This document shows positions 41,676 through 51,267 of a DNA stretch of 64,000 nt, one piece after another. The position numbers and the translations under genes are program-made. The notes beneath the pieces were generated by a model that did not search any database, was not told the origin of the DNA, and saw nothing but the letters and a program-made list of their open reading frames with translations. The first letter of the stretch is position 1; each line of letters begins with the position of its first letter. Where the stretch lies: positions 64,001 to 128,000 of the forward strand of contig CAVUPH010000014.1 in NCBI GenBank assembly GCA_963743305.1, written 5' to 3'. The DNA is from an uncultured delta proteobacterium. GTDB lineage: Bacteria; Desulfobacterota; RBG-13-43-22.

Positions 41676-42629
41676 TTAGCGCTGAACGTAAAAGGGTGCC
41701 ATCTTGTCCCAAAAATCCGGTTCGCTGCAGCCGATGCAGGGATGTCCGGCCTGTACCGGCCAGTTGGTCTGGTTGAACTTAATTTTGGGACAATTGTTGT
41801 ACGTGTCGGGTCCTTTACACCCCAATTGGTACAAGCACCAGCCTTTCTTGGCCTCTTCCGAACCGAAGGAGGGGGCATATTCCTGTTTGTCGAAGTGCGG
41901 CTGCCGTGGGCACTGGTCGTGGACCGTTTCACCGTAAAACATGACCGGACGGTTCAGGGCGTCGAGCTTGGGCATCCCTTTGGTCAGTAAATGGACCACC
42001 GTCCCGACGAAATTATAGGGGTTGGGCGGACAGCCGGCGATATTTATGGCCTTGACGCCCAGCTTCTTCAGGGCGTCATTGACCCCTTTGGCCCCGGTGG
42101 GATTGGGCTTGGCCGCCTGAACCCCGCCGAAGGTGGCGCAGGCCCCGATGGCGATCACCGCCTTGGCCTTGGGGGCGATTTCACTGCACATCTGATACAT
42201 GGTCTTTCCGGCGATTTTTCCGTAAAGGCCCCCATCTTTGGTGGGGAGCGCCCCCTCAATGACGCAGATGTAACCCTCCGGTGATTTCAGTGCCTGGTGC
42301 AAGGCGTCTTCCACCGCCTGGCCGGCACCGGCCATGAGGGTTTCGTGGTAATCCAGGGAGATTGTGTCTAAGATCAATTCATCGATATAAGGGTCGACGG
42401 TTCTCAGAACCGCTTCGGAACATCCCGTACACTCCGCATTGTGCAGGTAAACCACCGAAGGCCGCTTTTTGGCCGTCAGGGCGGCGGCAATCTCTTTGAC
42501 ATAAGAGGCCTCCAGGCCCATCACCGCGGCGACTGTACCGCAAAATTTTAAGAAATCCCTTCGTGAGATCCCCCGGTTTCGAAGTCGTTCTTCGGCATTT
42601 GGTTTGGCCAATCCAATTTCAAACTTCAT
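41676..42629 (-). CDS. hynB: Periplasmic [NiFe] hydrogenase small subunit (Tat signal)
   Basis: SRRDFLKFC Tat motif, [35 protein letters not shown]. Confidence 0.95.
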   Translation of the reverse strand: MKFEIGLAKPNAEERLRNRGISRRDFLKFCGTVAAVMGLEASYVKEIAAALTAKKRPSVVYLHNAECTGCSEAVLRTVDPYIDELILDTISLDYHETLMAGAGQAVEDALHQALKSPEGYICVIEGALPTKDGGLYGKIAGKTMYQMCSEIAPKAKAVIAIGACATFGGVQAAKPNPTGAKGVNDALKKLGVKAINIAGCPPNPYNFVGTVVHLLTKGMPKLDALNRPVMFYGETVHDQCPRQPHFDKQEYAPSFGSEEAKKGWCLYQLGCKGPDTYNNCPKIKFNQTNWPVQAGHPCIGCSEPDFWDKMAPFYVQR

Positions 42630-43074
42630 ACATTGCCTCCTTTTGCAACATTTTTTACCAGTGCGTGATCAAATCGGTGTGAATGGCCTAATTAAAAAAA
42701 GTAAAACTTTCCCCCCAATTCCCCCCTGACTTTAATATTTTTGTCTCCCCCCTTCCCTGGTGAATTTTTTGGATATTATTACGTTTTTAGTTGCGTTTTC
42801 AACTATATTATTTGTTCTGGAAGGTATATTCAGAGAAAAGGCCATAGGTTAATAAATATCAACTAGTTGGCCTCCTAGTTCGGCGTAGGGATAGCCGAAT
42901 AATGTTTAGCGGGCCCGATTTTTTTCGATTTTTCCGTGGGAGGTCTCTGAGTTTTGTTGTCCAGTCTATCCCGTCAAATCCGTTTTCCCGGGCAAGCTGT
43001 CTTAGGTAATTTGGATCAGTTAGGAGGTTGAAAAAAGGCGGTTTAGGAATCATTTAGACAGAATGGTTAAGTTG

Positions 43075-43572
43075 CTATCCATTTTTTACCAGACCGCTGA
43101 AAATCTTACGAAGTGTCTTATCGTCTACCTGCTCAGGCAAGAAATCATCATATTCATCGTCAGAGTCCTCATCCGAAGGTGCTCCTTCCAGCCCTTCTGG
43201 TGGCTCGGCCAACTGGACGGGCAGAGTGCTGCCGTTTTCCTTGGCTACCCAATTGTGACGGCCGCTGAAATGGTCCAGATATTTCTGGCATTGATCGTGA
43301 TCTCCGACATAAGAGATAAACAGCGTTTCCCCCCGGCGAAAACAGATGGCCCGATAACCGTCACCCAGGTCGTATTTGAGACACCCTTCAATCCGCTTCT
43401 CTCCCCAGCCCGTCAACTTCCAGACTTTTTTTAAATCGGGGGGCCCGTTTCTGGTAAGGGCCGCTAAGAGTTCCTCGGCCTTTTGAGCCGCCGTAGCTCC
43501 TCTTTCCCCTCGTTCCCAGAGGTCTTCCAGTTCTTTCTCAAATCTTCTTTCCAAATGAATAAAACGGATCAT
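43075..43572 (-). CDS. Hypothetical protein, RelE/ParE-like fold suspected, acidic tail
   Basis: RFEKEL..KYDLGDGYR.I..ISYVGDHD pattern. Confidence 0.6.
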   Translation of the reverse strand: MIRFIHLERRFEKELEDLWERGERGATAAQKAEELLAALTRNGPPDLKKVWKLTGWGEKRIEGCLKYDLGDGYRAICFRRGETLFISYVGDHDQCQKYLDHFSGRHNWVAKENGSTLPVQLAEPPEGLEGAPSDEDSDDEYDDFLPEQVDDKTLRKIFSGLVKNG

Positions 43573-43669
43573 GTCTCATACCTTCTGCCCGAAGCAGGCA
43601 ACTGCGAATCATAAAAATAAGCTATTAAACCATCATTTCCTATGTAGCACTTTCTGGTTTTGACCGCAT

Positions 43670-44821
43670 CTAAACCCGGACTACTTCCAGAAAGGCTTCC
43701 ACCCGGGTTTTCAACTGTTCCACGTCCCAGGAGGAGTAATCCGATTCCAGATGCAAATAGGGAATTTGACCGTTCTTTCCCAAAAATTCCTGAAGCAGGT
43801 GGGCCTCGACGCTGTAGGTGAGACAACAGCGCCAAGTGAGATCCACAACGCCCTGGATTCCAAAATCCTTGATCAGTCTGGCGATGAGGTCAAACCGACC
43901 GGTATTGGGGGTCATACAGGAGCAGGGGATCTGGAGGTAATGCCGGGCGATGGCCCGGTAAGGATCTTCATCTGTTTCGTCGATCAGGCGATCGAAGCTT
44001 TTGATCCCGGTGCAATTTTCCTGGCAGACCACTATCCCCCCGGCTTCCTCGATCAGGCGGAGCACTTTCTCCGACCCCTTGCCCACCGGGCAGCCGGTCA
44101 GAAGAATTCGGGGGGCCTCCGGCGGAGCGACGGAAATTCCCTGGTTCTTCAACAGAGTGAGTTCTGCCAACAATTGATCCAGATGTTCGCCGTACGATCC
44201 CGGGTCCACGGCAAAGCCCTTGGATTCCATAACCGGCAACAGGTCCAGGCCGGTGATGGGAACGGTCTCTCCGGCGCACTGGTAAACGATTTCTTTTAAC
44301 CGCCGACGGATTTGATTGTTGATTCTAATCTGGTAGCGCAGACTCTCCCGATCGATGCGGTTCCCCGTCGTCTCTTCCAGATATTCCTTTAACCTGACCA
44401 ATTCTTCCTGCCAAAGGAGGGCAGCCACCAGGCCATCTGCGTTATAGGGAAGCTGCAACAGGAACAAGGGCTTTATCCGACCCAGCAGCTCGAACATCTT
44501 TTTCTTGCCATCGCAGGTGGTCTCCCCGATGAGATAATCCGAGGCGGCGAAAAAGGGGCAGGTATCCGTTACGGCGTACCCGTAGCTGGACTTGATCAAT
44601 GGGCAGAGATTGACCGGCAGGGTCTTCTCCGCCTCGGCAATCGGGGCCTCCTTCTTGCCGCAAAGCCCCACCGGTACGGCCCCGGCGGCCCGGACCAGCT
44701 CCGTCGGGGCAAAGGTGCAGTAGATCCCGAATACCTTTTGGCCCGACCTTCTGGCCGTATCCAAATCAAGTAAGCTTTGTTCGCCAAAGCGTTCAAAATA
44801 ATTCCAGGAGGCTGGTTTCAT
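43670..44821 (-). CDS. Double-cubane-cluster protein / 2-hydroxyacyl-CoA dehydratase family (YjiM-like), copy 2
   Basis: YCTFAP.EL, LCG, NLCPLIKSS, CPFF, ETTCDGKKK, TGCP, ENCTG, CSCMTPN, TRVEAFLE. Confidence 0.9.
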   Translation of the reverse strand: MKPASWNYFERFGEQSLLDLDTARRSGQKVFGIYCTFAPTELVRAAGAVPVGLCGKKEAPIAEAEKTLPVNLCPLIKSSYGYAVTDTCPFFAASDYLIGETTCDGKKKMFELLGRIKPLFLLQLPYNADGLVAALLWQEELVRLKEYLEETTGNRIDRESLRYQIRINNQIRRRLKEIVYQCAGETVPITGLDLLPVMESKGFAVDPGSYGEHLDQLLAELTLLKNQGISVAPPEAPRILLTGCPVGKGSEKVLRLIEEAGGIVVCQENCTGIKSFDRLIDETDEDPYRAIARHYLQIPCSCMTPNTGRFDLIARLIKDFGIQGVVDLTWRCCLTYSVEAHLLQEFLGKNGQIPYLHLESDYSSWDVEQLKTRVEAFLEVVRV

Positions 44822-44919
44822 TTAAATCCGGATTACAATTGGAATTTCAATCCTTGTTATTATTAAGGCCGGCATGAGCATATTGCTCTTTACATTCACT
44901 CTTTGTTTAATGCCAGTGA

Positions 44920-45099
44920 CTATTCCTTTTCCGAACAGCCGAATAAAGGGGAGGGCTTAAAACCGTCGGCGGGCTTCCCGGTTCGACCATGCAACATGAA
45001 TTCCCACAGTCGACTTTGAGCGGCCTCCTGGCCCTTTATTTTCTTCTTTGATCGATGTTTGGACTTTTGCGCGGCTCTTTGGTGTGGCTCATCTTTCAT
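44920..45099 (-). CDS. Small hypothetical protein (59 aa, possibly frameshifted)
   Basis: AAAGGAGG SD with ATG at 45099, inside the operon. Confidence 0.45.
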   Translation of the reverse strand: MKDEPHQRAAQKSKHRSKKKIKGQEAAQSRLWEFMLHGRTGKPADGFKPSPLFGCSEKE

Positions 45100-45194
45100 G
45101 TTTCTTTCCTCCTTTAAATTCCAGACCCTGGAATATTAAGCATCGTATTCAGGGGAAGGAGGCGGAAGACTGACCAAGGGACGTCAACTTTTTG

Positions 45195-45971
45195 TCAGGA
45201 GATGAGCTTTTCTTTTCCATAAAGGGCGGCTCCCAAAGCTCCGACCAGATCGGGTTTTTCAGGCACGATGAGCGGCGTTTTAGTTTCCTCTTCGATCAGC
45301 TCCCGAATACAGGGGTTATGGGCCACCCCCCCTGCAAACATCAGGGGAAATTCCTTTCCTACCCGCCCCAACATGGAGAGCGTCCGTTGCACGATGGCCA
45401 GGTGCAACCCCAGGGCGATGTTTTCCGGCCGCTCTCCCCTGGCCACCAGGGAGGTGGCCTCGCTTTCGGCAAAGACGGTGCACATGCTGCTGATTTTAAT
45501 CCGCCGATCGGCCCGCAAGGCGTAGTCCCCAAAGGATTCGATGGGAATCTGCAGGGCCGCGGCCATGAATTCCAGAAACTTGCCCGTGCCGGCGGCGCAG
45601 CGGTCGTTCATCTCAAATTTAGCCACCTTCCCCTGCCCGGAGAGGGAGATGACCTTGGTATCCTGACCGCCGATATCCAGGATGCTCCGAACTTCCGGAT
45701 GAAGGTGGTGCGCCCCCAAGGCATAAGCCTGAATTTCCGTAATGGTCGTGATTGGGAGATCGCCGTTCAGGGAATCGGCCAGAAGCTTGCGGCCGTATCC
45801 GGTGGCCACGATCCGATCAAGGGGGATATCCTCCATGATTTTCCGACATTGGCCCAGGGGATCAAAAGTCGTCGACACCTTGGCCTCATGGATCCTCTGA
45901 TCCCCCTGAAGGACCACCAGCTCGATGGACCGGGAACCGATGTCGATCCCGGCAATTATAATTTTATCCAT
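45195..45971 (-). CDS. ATP-dependent activase/reductase (HgdC/BadFG, YjiL-like; DCCP reductase)
   Basis: GIDIGSRS, ATGYGR, LDIGGQDTK, MNDRCAAGTGKF, SMCTVFAESE. Confidence 0.92.
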   Translation of the reverse strand: MDKIIIAGIDIGSRSIELVVLQGDQRIHEAKVSTTFDPLGQCRKIMEDIPLDRIVATGYGRKLLADSLNGDLPITTITEIQAYALGAHHLHPEVRSILDIGGQDTKVISLSGQGKVAKFEMNDRCAAGTGKFLEFMAAALQIPIESFGDYALRADRRIKISSMCTVFAESEATSLVARGERPENIALGLHLAIVQRTLSMLGRVGKEFPLMFAGGVAHNPCIRELIEEETKTPLIVPEKPDLVGALGAALYGKEKLIS

Positions 45972-47822
45972 TTAGAAAGGTTCTTCCGTGCCCTTATTTG
46001 CTTTATAGCGTTTATGGAAAAGGGGGATCAGCGACACCAGAACGATCAGGCTCACCCCTAGAATAAATCCTCCCGAAATCCTGCCTCGTATGACGTCCAG
46101 CAGGGAGCTTGAAAAAACGACGAAAGCGATACAGGCCGGCAACATGCAGAAAAAGGTAGTCAAGGCGTAATGAGCAAACTTGATTTTGGTAAGACCGAAG
46201 GCGTAATTCAGGAGGTTGAAGGGAAAGGCGGGGATCAGCCGGGTGAAGGCCACCACCTTCCAACCCTGTCGCTCAACCGCTTCATCGAGTCTGCGCCACC
46301 GGGGACTCCGAAGTTTGCCTGCAATCCAACCCCTGGCCAGGTAGCGGGAGACGAGAAAAGCCACGCTGGCTCCGAGGGTCGAACCGATGATGGTATACAC
46401 CACACCCCAGAACGGGCCGAAAAGGATTCCCCCCACGATGGTAATGGGAAGCCCTGGAAGGAAAAACGCCGGGGCTGTAGTATAAATCAGCATATAAATG
46501 ATCGGCGCCAGTGCACCATATCCTGCAATAAGTCCTCTCAGAGCTTCCTGGTTCAAATATTTTGTGGCGCCGGTGACGCGGATGGTCACAATGGCGGCAA
46601 CGATCAAACCCAGGATGGCCAGCCGAATGAACATTCCTGACTTCTTCGCTTTTTCTCCTGCCCAAAAGGACCTTTCACGGGTCGTCGCCGCTTTGACCTC
46701 CTTTTGGAAACGTTTTTTTAGTCGAGTCCGGTTAAAATAGGTGATGGGAGCGCCTGAAACCTTCGCCTTGCCTGCCAGGGCGGCCTCCGGTTCATAAAGG
46801 AGATCGAGCACATGGCTCGTTGGCGTTTTCCTGTTCAAGTAGCCGGCGCAGCCGGCGCAACAGGTGATAATCCTTTTTTGTTCCGCTTCTGTTTTTCGGA
46901 TCTCTCCCCATTTCTCTGAAAACGATGGCGCAACGCACCCCACTGAGCCCCCTTCACCACAGCAAAGGGTTAATTTGCCGTTGTGAGACATCTCTTCAAT
47001 CTCAAGACCTTTCCGGCGAACCAACTCCCGCAGCGCAGCGTGCACCTTTTCCTCGGAGCGAACCGCGCACGGATCATGAACCCTCACAACGCCGCTGAGT
47101 TTCCGGCCCGAGTGGGCGCCGTCATCGGCCAGGATTTCGTACACGGTCTTGACCTGCAACTCGCCGCCGTAATTTAAGAAGATCTTGTGACAGTTTGGAC
47201 AGGCCACCAGGACCTGTCGTACTCCCTTTCCAAGAAGATAGGATTTCATCTCATTGAACATGGACTGAAAGAACTTCTCCCGGCCCAGGTCGTGGGAGAT
47301 CTTTGTGCAGCAGTCGAGCACAATTCCCAGGGAGGGCATCCGGTTCTTCAACTCCTGATAGAGGGCGTAGGTCTTATCCGGCCTCGTGCCCGGCAAGGTG
47401 CATCCGGGGAAAAAGACCGTATCACAGCCTTCCGGCAGCCCATAAAAGCTGTACTTCTTTGAGGTCCCCCTTTTTTCGTAGGCCAGAAGTCCTCCATGCT
47501 CGCCAAAGGATCCGTTGCCTCGGTCCACGGTTTCACACCGCATTTGCAGGAACATGTCCGCCGGCGTTGCCCCGACAGGGCAGACGGCCTGACAGAGCTG
47601 ACAGAGGCTGCACTCAAAAGGCATCCCCTGGTGGCCCTGATCCGATGGGTCATAGACATCCGCGATCTCTTTGGGCTTCCCGTACTTACGCAGGAAGGCA
47701 CACTCCTTTTGGCAGAGCTGGCAGTTGATGCATGTCTCCGAGACCGCCTTTAGCGTGGCACGGAGCGACTCCCGGACTTCAAGCTTCGATACATCCCTCG
47801 GCTGAAGTTTCTCTTTTGCCAT
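45972..47822 (-). CDS. Fusion of 4Fe-4S/CCG (HdrD-like) domains with a VTT/DedA membrane domain
   Basis: CINCQLCQKEC, CSLCQLCQAVCP, FFPGC, HDPC, CCGEGG, then PG..GGILFG..RLIP.FPFNLLNYAFGLT. Confidence 0.88.
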   Translation of the reverse strand: MAKEKLQPRDVSKLEVRESLRATLKAVSETCINCQLCQKECAFLRKYGKPKEIADVYDPSDQGHQGMPFECSLCQLCQAVCPVGATPADMFLQMRCETVDRGNGSFGEHGGLLAYEKRGTSKKYSFYGLPEGCDTVFFPGCTLPGTRPDKTYALYQELKNRMPSLGIVLDCCTKISHDLGREKFFQSMFNEMKSYLLGKGVRQVLVACPNCHKIFLNYGGELQVKTVYEILADDGAHSGRKLSGVVRVHDPCAVRSEEKVHAALRELVRRKGLEIEEMSHNGKLTLCCGEGGSVGCVAPSFSEKWGEIRKTEAEQKRIITCCAGCAGYLNRKTPTSHVLDLLYEPEAALAGKAKVSGAPITYFNRTRLKKRFQKEVKAATTRERSFWAGEKAKKSGMFIRLAILGLIVAAIVTIRVTGATKYLNQEALRGLIAGYGALAPIIYMLIYTTAPAFFLPGLPITIVGGILFGPFWGVVYTIIGSTLGASVAFLVSRYLARGWIAGKLRSPRWRRLDEAVERQGWKVVAFTRLIPAFPFNLLNYAFGLTKIKFAHYALTTFFCMLPACIAFVVFSSSLLDVIRGRISGGFILGVSLIVLVSLIPLFHKRYKANKGTEEPF

Positions 47823-47871
47823 TTGCGTTGATCTTCCTCCAAAAACTCAACTCCGAAAATGCAGAATTTGC

Positions 47872-48201
47872 TTAGAGCGTAATCGCCTGATCGACCCCCA
47901 CCTGACCCAAAGCCTTATAGAGATCAGGAAAGCAGCCCAGCGCAGCGCCAGCGACCAGGTTCTCCGTTTTTGCCGTTCGTAGGCACCTGATCACAGGCCA
48001 TCAAGAGCATTCCGCTCTGCCTCGCAATCATGGAAAGACGCTCCCCGACAGCATTCCCTTTGACCAGCATGAAGGTATTGTCGACGAGAAAAACATCCCC
48101 ATCACATCCGCACCATGGGTCCCTTTCTCGAGCTGCGGGACGATCATTTTGCTTAAAATGGTGTGTGAATTGGATGATGAGAAAATGTAGGCCACTTTCA
48201 T
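47872..48201 (-). CDS. SaoD/DsrE-family protein (three compensating single-base deletions)
   Basis: Manual read: MKVAYIFSSSNSHTILSKMIVPQLEKGTHGADVMGMFF|VDNTF..GERL..MLLMACDQ|(C)AYER|ENLVAGAALGCFPDLYKAL..DQAITL*; SD AAGGAG. Confidence 0.75.
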
Positions 48202-48221
48202 AATCTGGCTCCTTAGTATTT

Positions 48222-49499
48222 TTAATTTTTGACCATCTCCACAAAGGCCTCCACCCGAGTCTTGAGCTGCTCCACGTCCTCCATACTGTAATCGGTTTCG
48301 ATGGCCAGCATGGGGATCTGGGCTTTTTGCAGGGCCTTATCCACCTTGAAAGACTCGATGGTGTAGGGCTGGCAAAAATTAAGGGCGAAGTGGATGACCC
48401 CGTCGGCTTTCAGTTCCTTGGCCATCTGGACCACGTGCTCCATCCGTTCCGTATTGGGGGTGAAACAGGCGCAGTCGATGCGCATATACCGGTCGATAAC
48501 GGCCTCCAGCATTTCCTCCACGGTTTCTCCCTTTTCCTCCACCAGGTCCCGGATGTTGCGGGTGCCGATACAGGACTCTTCCCCTACTACCACGGCGCCG
48601 GAAGATTCGATGACAAAGGGTAGCTTCCAGTTGGGGATGGCCATAGGGCAGCCGGACAGCATCAGGCGGGGCGTCCCCTCAGGGACCACCCCCTCTTTGG
48701 CTTTGACGCGGGTTTCGATCTCATCACAAAGTTTGTTGATGCTTTCGGTGAAGCGCACCGGGTCGTCATAGAAACTGACCTGGTTGATCAGCAGGACGTC
48801 CCGCCCCGAAATGGGGGTGGGCACGGCCGCCCGCAGGGTATTGAGGCGCTGCAGTGCCCGCCTCCGGGCATTGACCGTCCGGATGGCTTCTTTTAGCTTA
48901 GAGGCCGTGATCTTCCCGCCGGTGATTTCCTCGATTTTATCTTTGAAACGATAAACCTCGGTTTTCCACAAGTCCCGGTCACAGGCGTTTTTCATCTGGG
49001 GAATTTCCATGACATAGACCGGGGCGTATTCCTCAAAAATTTCATAGGCCTTTTTCTTGCCGTCGCAGGTGGTTTCTCCCACCACCAGGTCGCAGGACTC
49101 GATATAGGGACAGAGGCGGGAGAGCTTGAAACCCACAAAGGACTTGATCAAAGCGCAGGTGTTGCGGGGCAGGATTTTCTCGGCCGACTCGGTGCCGGCC
49201 TCGGCGCCGGCGCAGAGACCCACCTGAACGGCATCGGCGGCCAGGACGATTTCTTCGGGCACAAAAACACAAAAGGTGCCGATGATTTTCTTCCCTTGGG
49301 CCTTAGCGTCCTGGAGTTCCTTGATCCGCAGGCCGTGGACCTCCGAGAGGACAAAGTCCAGGTACTCCATGCCCTTGAGCCGTCCCGACTGGCTCATGTA
49401 GATGTCGCCGTAAAATTTTCCCAATACTTCCAGCAGCCCGGCATGTGCTTCCAGGTCCAGATTCAGTTTTTCCCACATTTCGTCATGAGGTGTTGCCAT
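48222..49499 (-). CDS. Double-cubane-cluster protein / 2-hydroxyacyl-CoA dehydratase family, copy 1
   Basis: GTFCVFVPEE, LCAG, NTCALIKS, CPY, ETTCDGKKK, SGCP, EESCIG, CACFTPN, FCQPY. Confidence 0.92.
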   Translation of the reverse strand: MATPHDEMWEKLNLDLEAHAGLLEVLGKFYGDIYMSQSGRLKGMEYLDFVLSEVHGLRIKELQDAKAQGKKIIGTFCVFVPEEIVLAADAVQVGLCAGAEAGTESAEKILPRNTCALIKSFVGFKLSRLCPYIESCDLVVGETTCDGKKKAYEIFEEYAPVYVMEIPQMKNACDRDLWKTEVYRFKDKIEEITGGKITASKLKEAIRTVNARRRALQRLNTLRAAVPTPISGRDVLLINQVSFYDDPVRFTESINKLCDEIETRVKAKEGVVPEGTPRLMLSGCPMAIPNWKLPFVIESSGAVVVGEESCIGTRNIRDLVEEKGETVEEMLEAVIDRYMRIDCACFTPNTERMEHVVQMAKELKADGVIHFALNFCQPYTIESFKVDKALQKAQIPMLAIETDYSMEDVEQLKTRVEAFVEMVKN

Positions 49500-49575
49500 A
49501 TCGTCTCCTTTGAAAATTTCATTACTGATAACCCCCGACCTTGTCAGGGGCCCCGAAAGCTAGACTTTCGGTGGT

Positions 49576-49785
49576 CTAAGGCTTAACCGGCAGCACGTGA
49601 ACCGCCTTGATGATCAGTTGCACCTCATCTCCGATCTTTAAGTCGAGGTCTTCAACGGATTCGGTGGTTAAGACCGACGCCATTTCAGACGGCTTGGTGA
49701 CCTTGTATTTCACCAGGGCCATGACGTCCCCTTTTTTGATGGATTTGACCTTGGCCGCAATCTTGTTTCGCGCTCCGTATTCCAT
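49576..49785 (-). CDS. Molybdenum-binding TOBE/Mop (molbindin) protein
   Basis: GARNKI..KV..I..GDVMA..SVLTTESVEDLDL..G..V..IIKA. Confidence 0.9.
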   Translation of the reverse strand: MEYGARNKIAAKVKSIKKGDVMALVKYKVTKPSEMASVLTTESVEDLDLKIGDEVQLIIKAVHVLPVKP

Positions 49786-49812
49786 GTGGTTCCCCTTTCA
49801 TTCAAAGATTGA

Positions 49813-50550
49813 TTAAGATAGGTTTTTCCCTAAACTGTAGATCAGAATGAGCCCCCCCTGTCGGGGGAGTTTCTCGGCCTTTCCTTTGAATTGGGAGTTG
49901 GGTGATATCATCCTTTTGAAGGAGCTGATGGCCGGATAAGCGGCGTTGCTGGTGATCCCGATGGGGCAGCTTTCCAGGCAGGTAAGGCAGCCGGTCTGCT
50001 CTTCCACGGCCCGCTGCCGGTTGCCGCCGAAGCGGATCCGGAAGCCCTTCCCGGAGGAATCTTCTAGGATGTCATTTAGACCCAGGATTTGGTTTTGTCC
50101 CGGAATGACCACGGTTACCGTCAGGTCTTCCCCTGAACCGTTTCTCCGGAACTGCGGAGGGTCAGGTTGTTTCCCGGCCTGGCGCCGATCTGAAGCAGGG
50201 CATCGTGAAATTCCTGAGGCGTGCAGAAGGCTTGGAGGATGGCTTTGTCTCTTAATTTCCCGCCCTGAAAAACAACCCCCCAGTGGGGGTTGGATTGGTT
50301 GAGGGATTTAGGATTGACCTCGGCATAGATTAGGACCCGCTTGTTTATTGAATCAACCCGGAGGGGTTCGGTGCGGGAGGGGAGAGGGACCTGTCCGGTC
50401 CGAAGCCGGGACCTGTCCCGTCCAGGAGAAGATCAGGGTTGCGACCACCCCGACCGTGAGGGCTTTCAAGCGATGAAGGGGCCATGGCTGAAGCCCTTTA
50501 ATCGTTGGCAGGATGGTCGGGTTGTCAGTTCGTTGCAGAAAGATTTTCAT
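49813..50550 (-). CDS. YdjY-domain exported Fe-S protein (frameshifted)
   Basis: Manual read across frames: RVLIYAEVNPKS..HWGVVFQGGK..AILQAF..FHDAL..IGARPGNNL|..IRFGGN..TGCLTCLESCPIGITSN. Confidence 0.7.
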
Positions 50551-50735
50551 GAGTTTTGGCAGCTAAATAGCTTTGAGGCTCCCTCTCATCACAGCTGCTC
50601 TCCCCCGTGGGGGCGAGGGAGTCCCAGGGAAAAGCCCTGACCGTTAAACTTGAGCGAGTAATCGAGTAATACTGATCAAGGTGGACAGGTATAAACCACT
50701 CCCGAAAGACAAGGCTTCGAGCAAAAATCGGAATT

Positions 50736-51251
50736 CTACTTCACCTTGCCTACCGGGTAGCCCGCTTCATCCCAGGCCTTGATGCCGCCGGGGTAGCGAT
50801 AGACGTTCTTGTATCCCAGCTTGACGGCCCACATAGCTCCGTTGTGGCTGCGGGTGCACTTGGTGAAGCCGCAGTAGATGACGATCAGCTTATCTTTGTC
50901 CGGGCCGAGAAGCTTTTCAAAGGCCGCTTTTTTCTGATCATCCAGGCTGGTCATTTCAGGGATGGGAAATTCCATTTGCACCGCCCCCGGAATGTGCTGC
51001 TTTTTATAGCTGTCCTCGAAGGGCATCGTATCGACAATGATCATGTCTTTCTTCTGGTCTATCCAGCCTTTCAGTTCCTCCGTGGAGACAATTTTATAGC
51101 CTCCACGGGCTACTTCCCGGGCAAAGTTGACGGCGATCTTCTCAGTATCCATTTCCTTGCTGCCCCAGGCGGCCAATACCGGACTGGATAGTAGTAAAAC
51201 TGAAACCAGGACTAATAGGCTTATCGTTATAACACCGCTTACTCTTTTCAT
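50736..51251 (-). CDS. Exported rhodanese-domain sulfurtransferase
   Basis: Signal peptide, IVDTMP..Y...HIPGA, IYCGFTKCTRS, GY.NVYRYPGGI.AW. Confidence 0.9.
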   Translation of the reverse strand: MKRVSGVITISLLVLVSVLLLSSPVLAAWGSKEMDTEKIAVNFAREVARGGYKIVSTEELKGWIDQKKDMIIVDTMPFEDSYKKQHIPGAVQMEFPIPEMTSLDDQKKAAFEKLLGPDKDKLIVIYCGFTKCTRSHNGAMWAVKLGYKNVYRYPGGIKAWDEAGYPVGKVK

Positions 51252-51267
51252 GTCTGCTTTTTCCTCC

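Noticed and set aside
42859-43053. 64-aa ORF resembling a sugar-isomerase N-terminus (GFDGIDWT)
   Set aside because: Too short and degenerate; at most a remnant.
50353-50355. Sec codon at the end of ORF 50353..50550
   Set aside because: It is better explained as a frameshift within the YdjY-like gene, and there is no SECIS.
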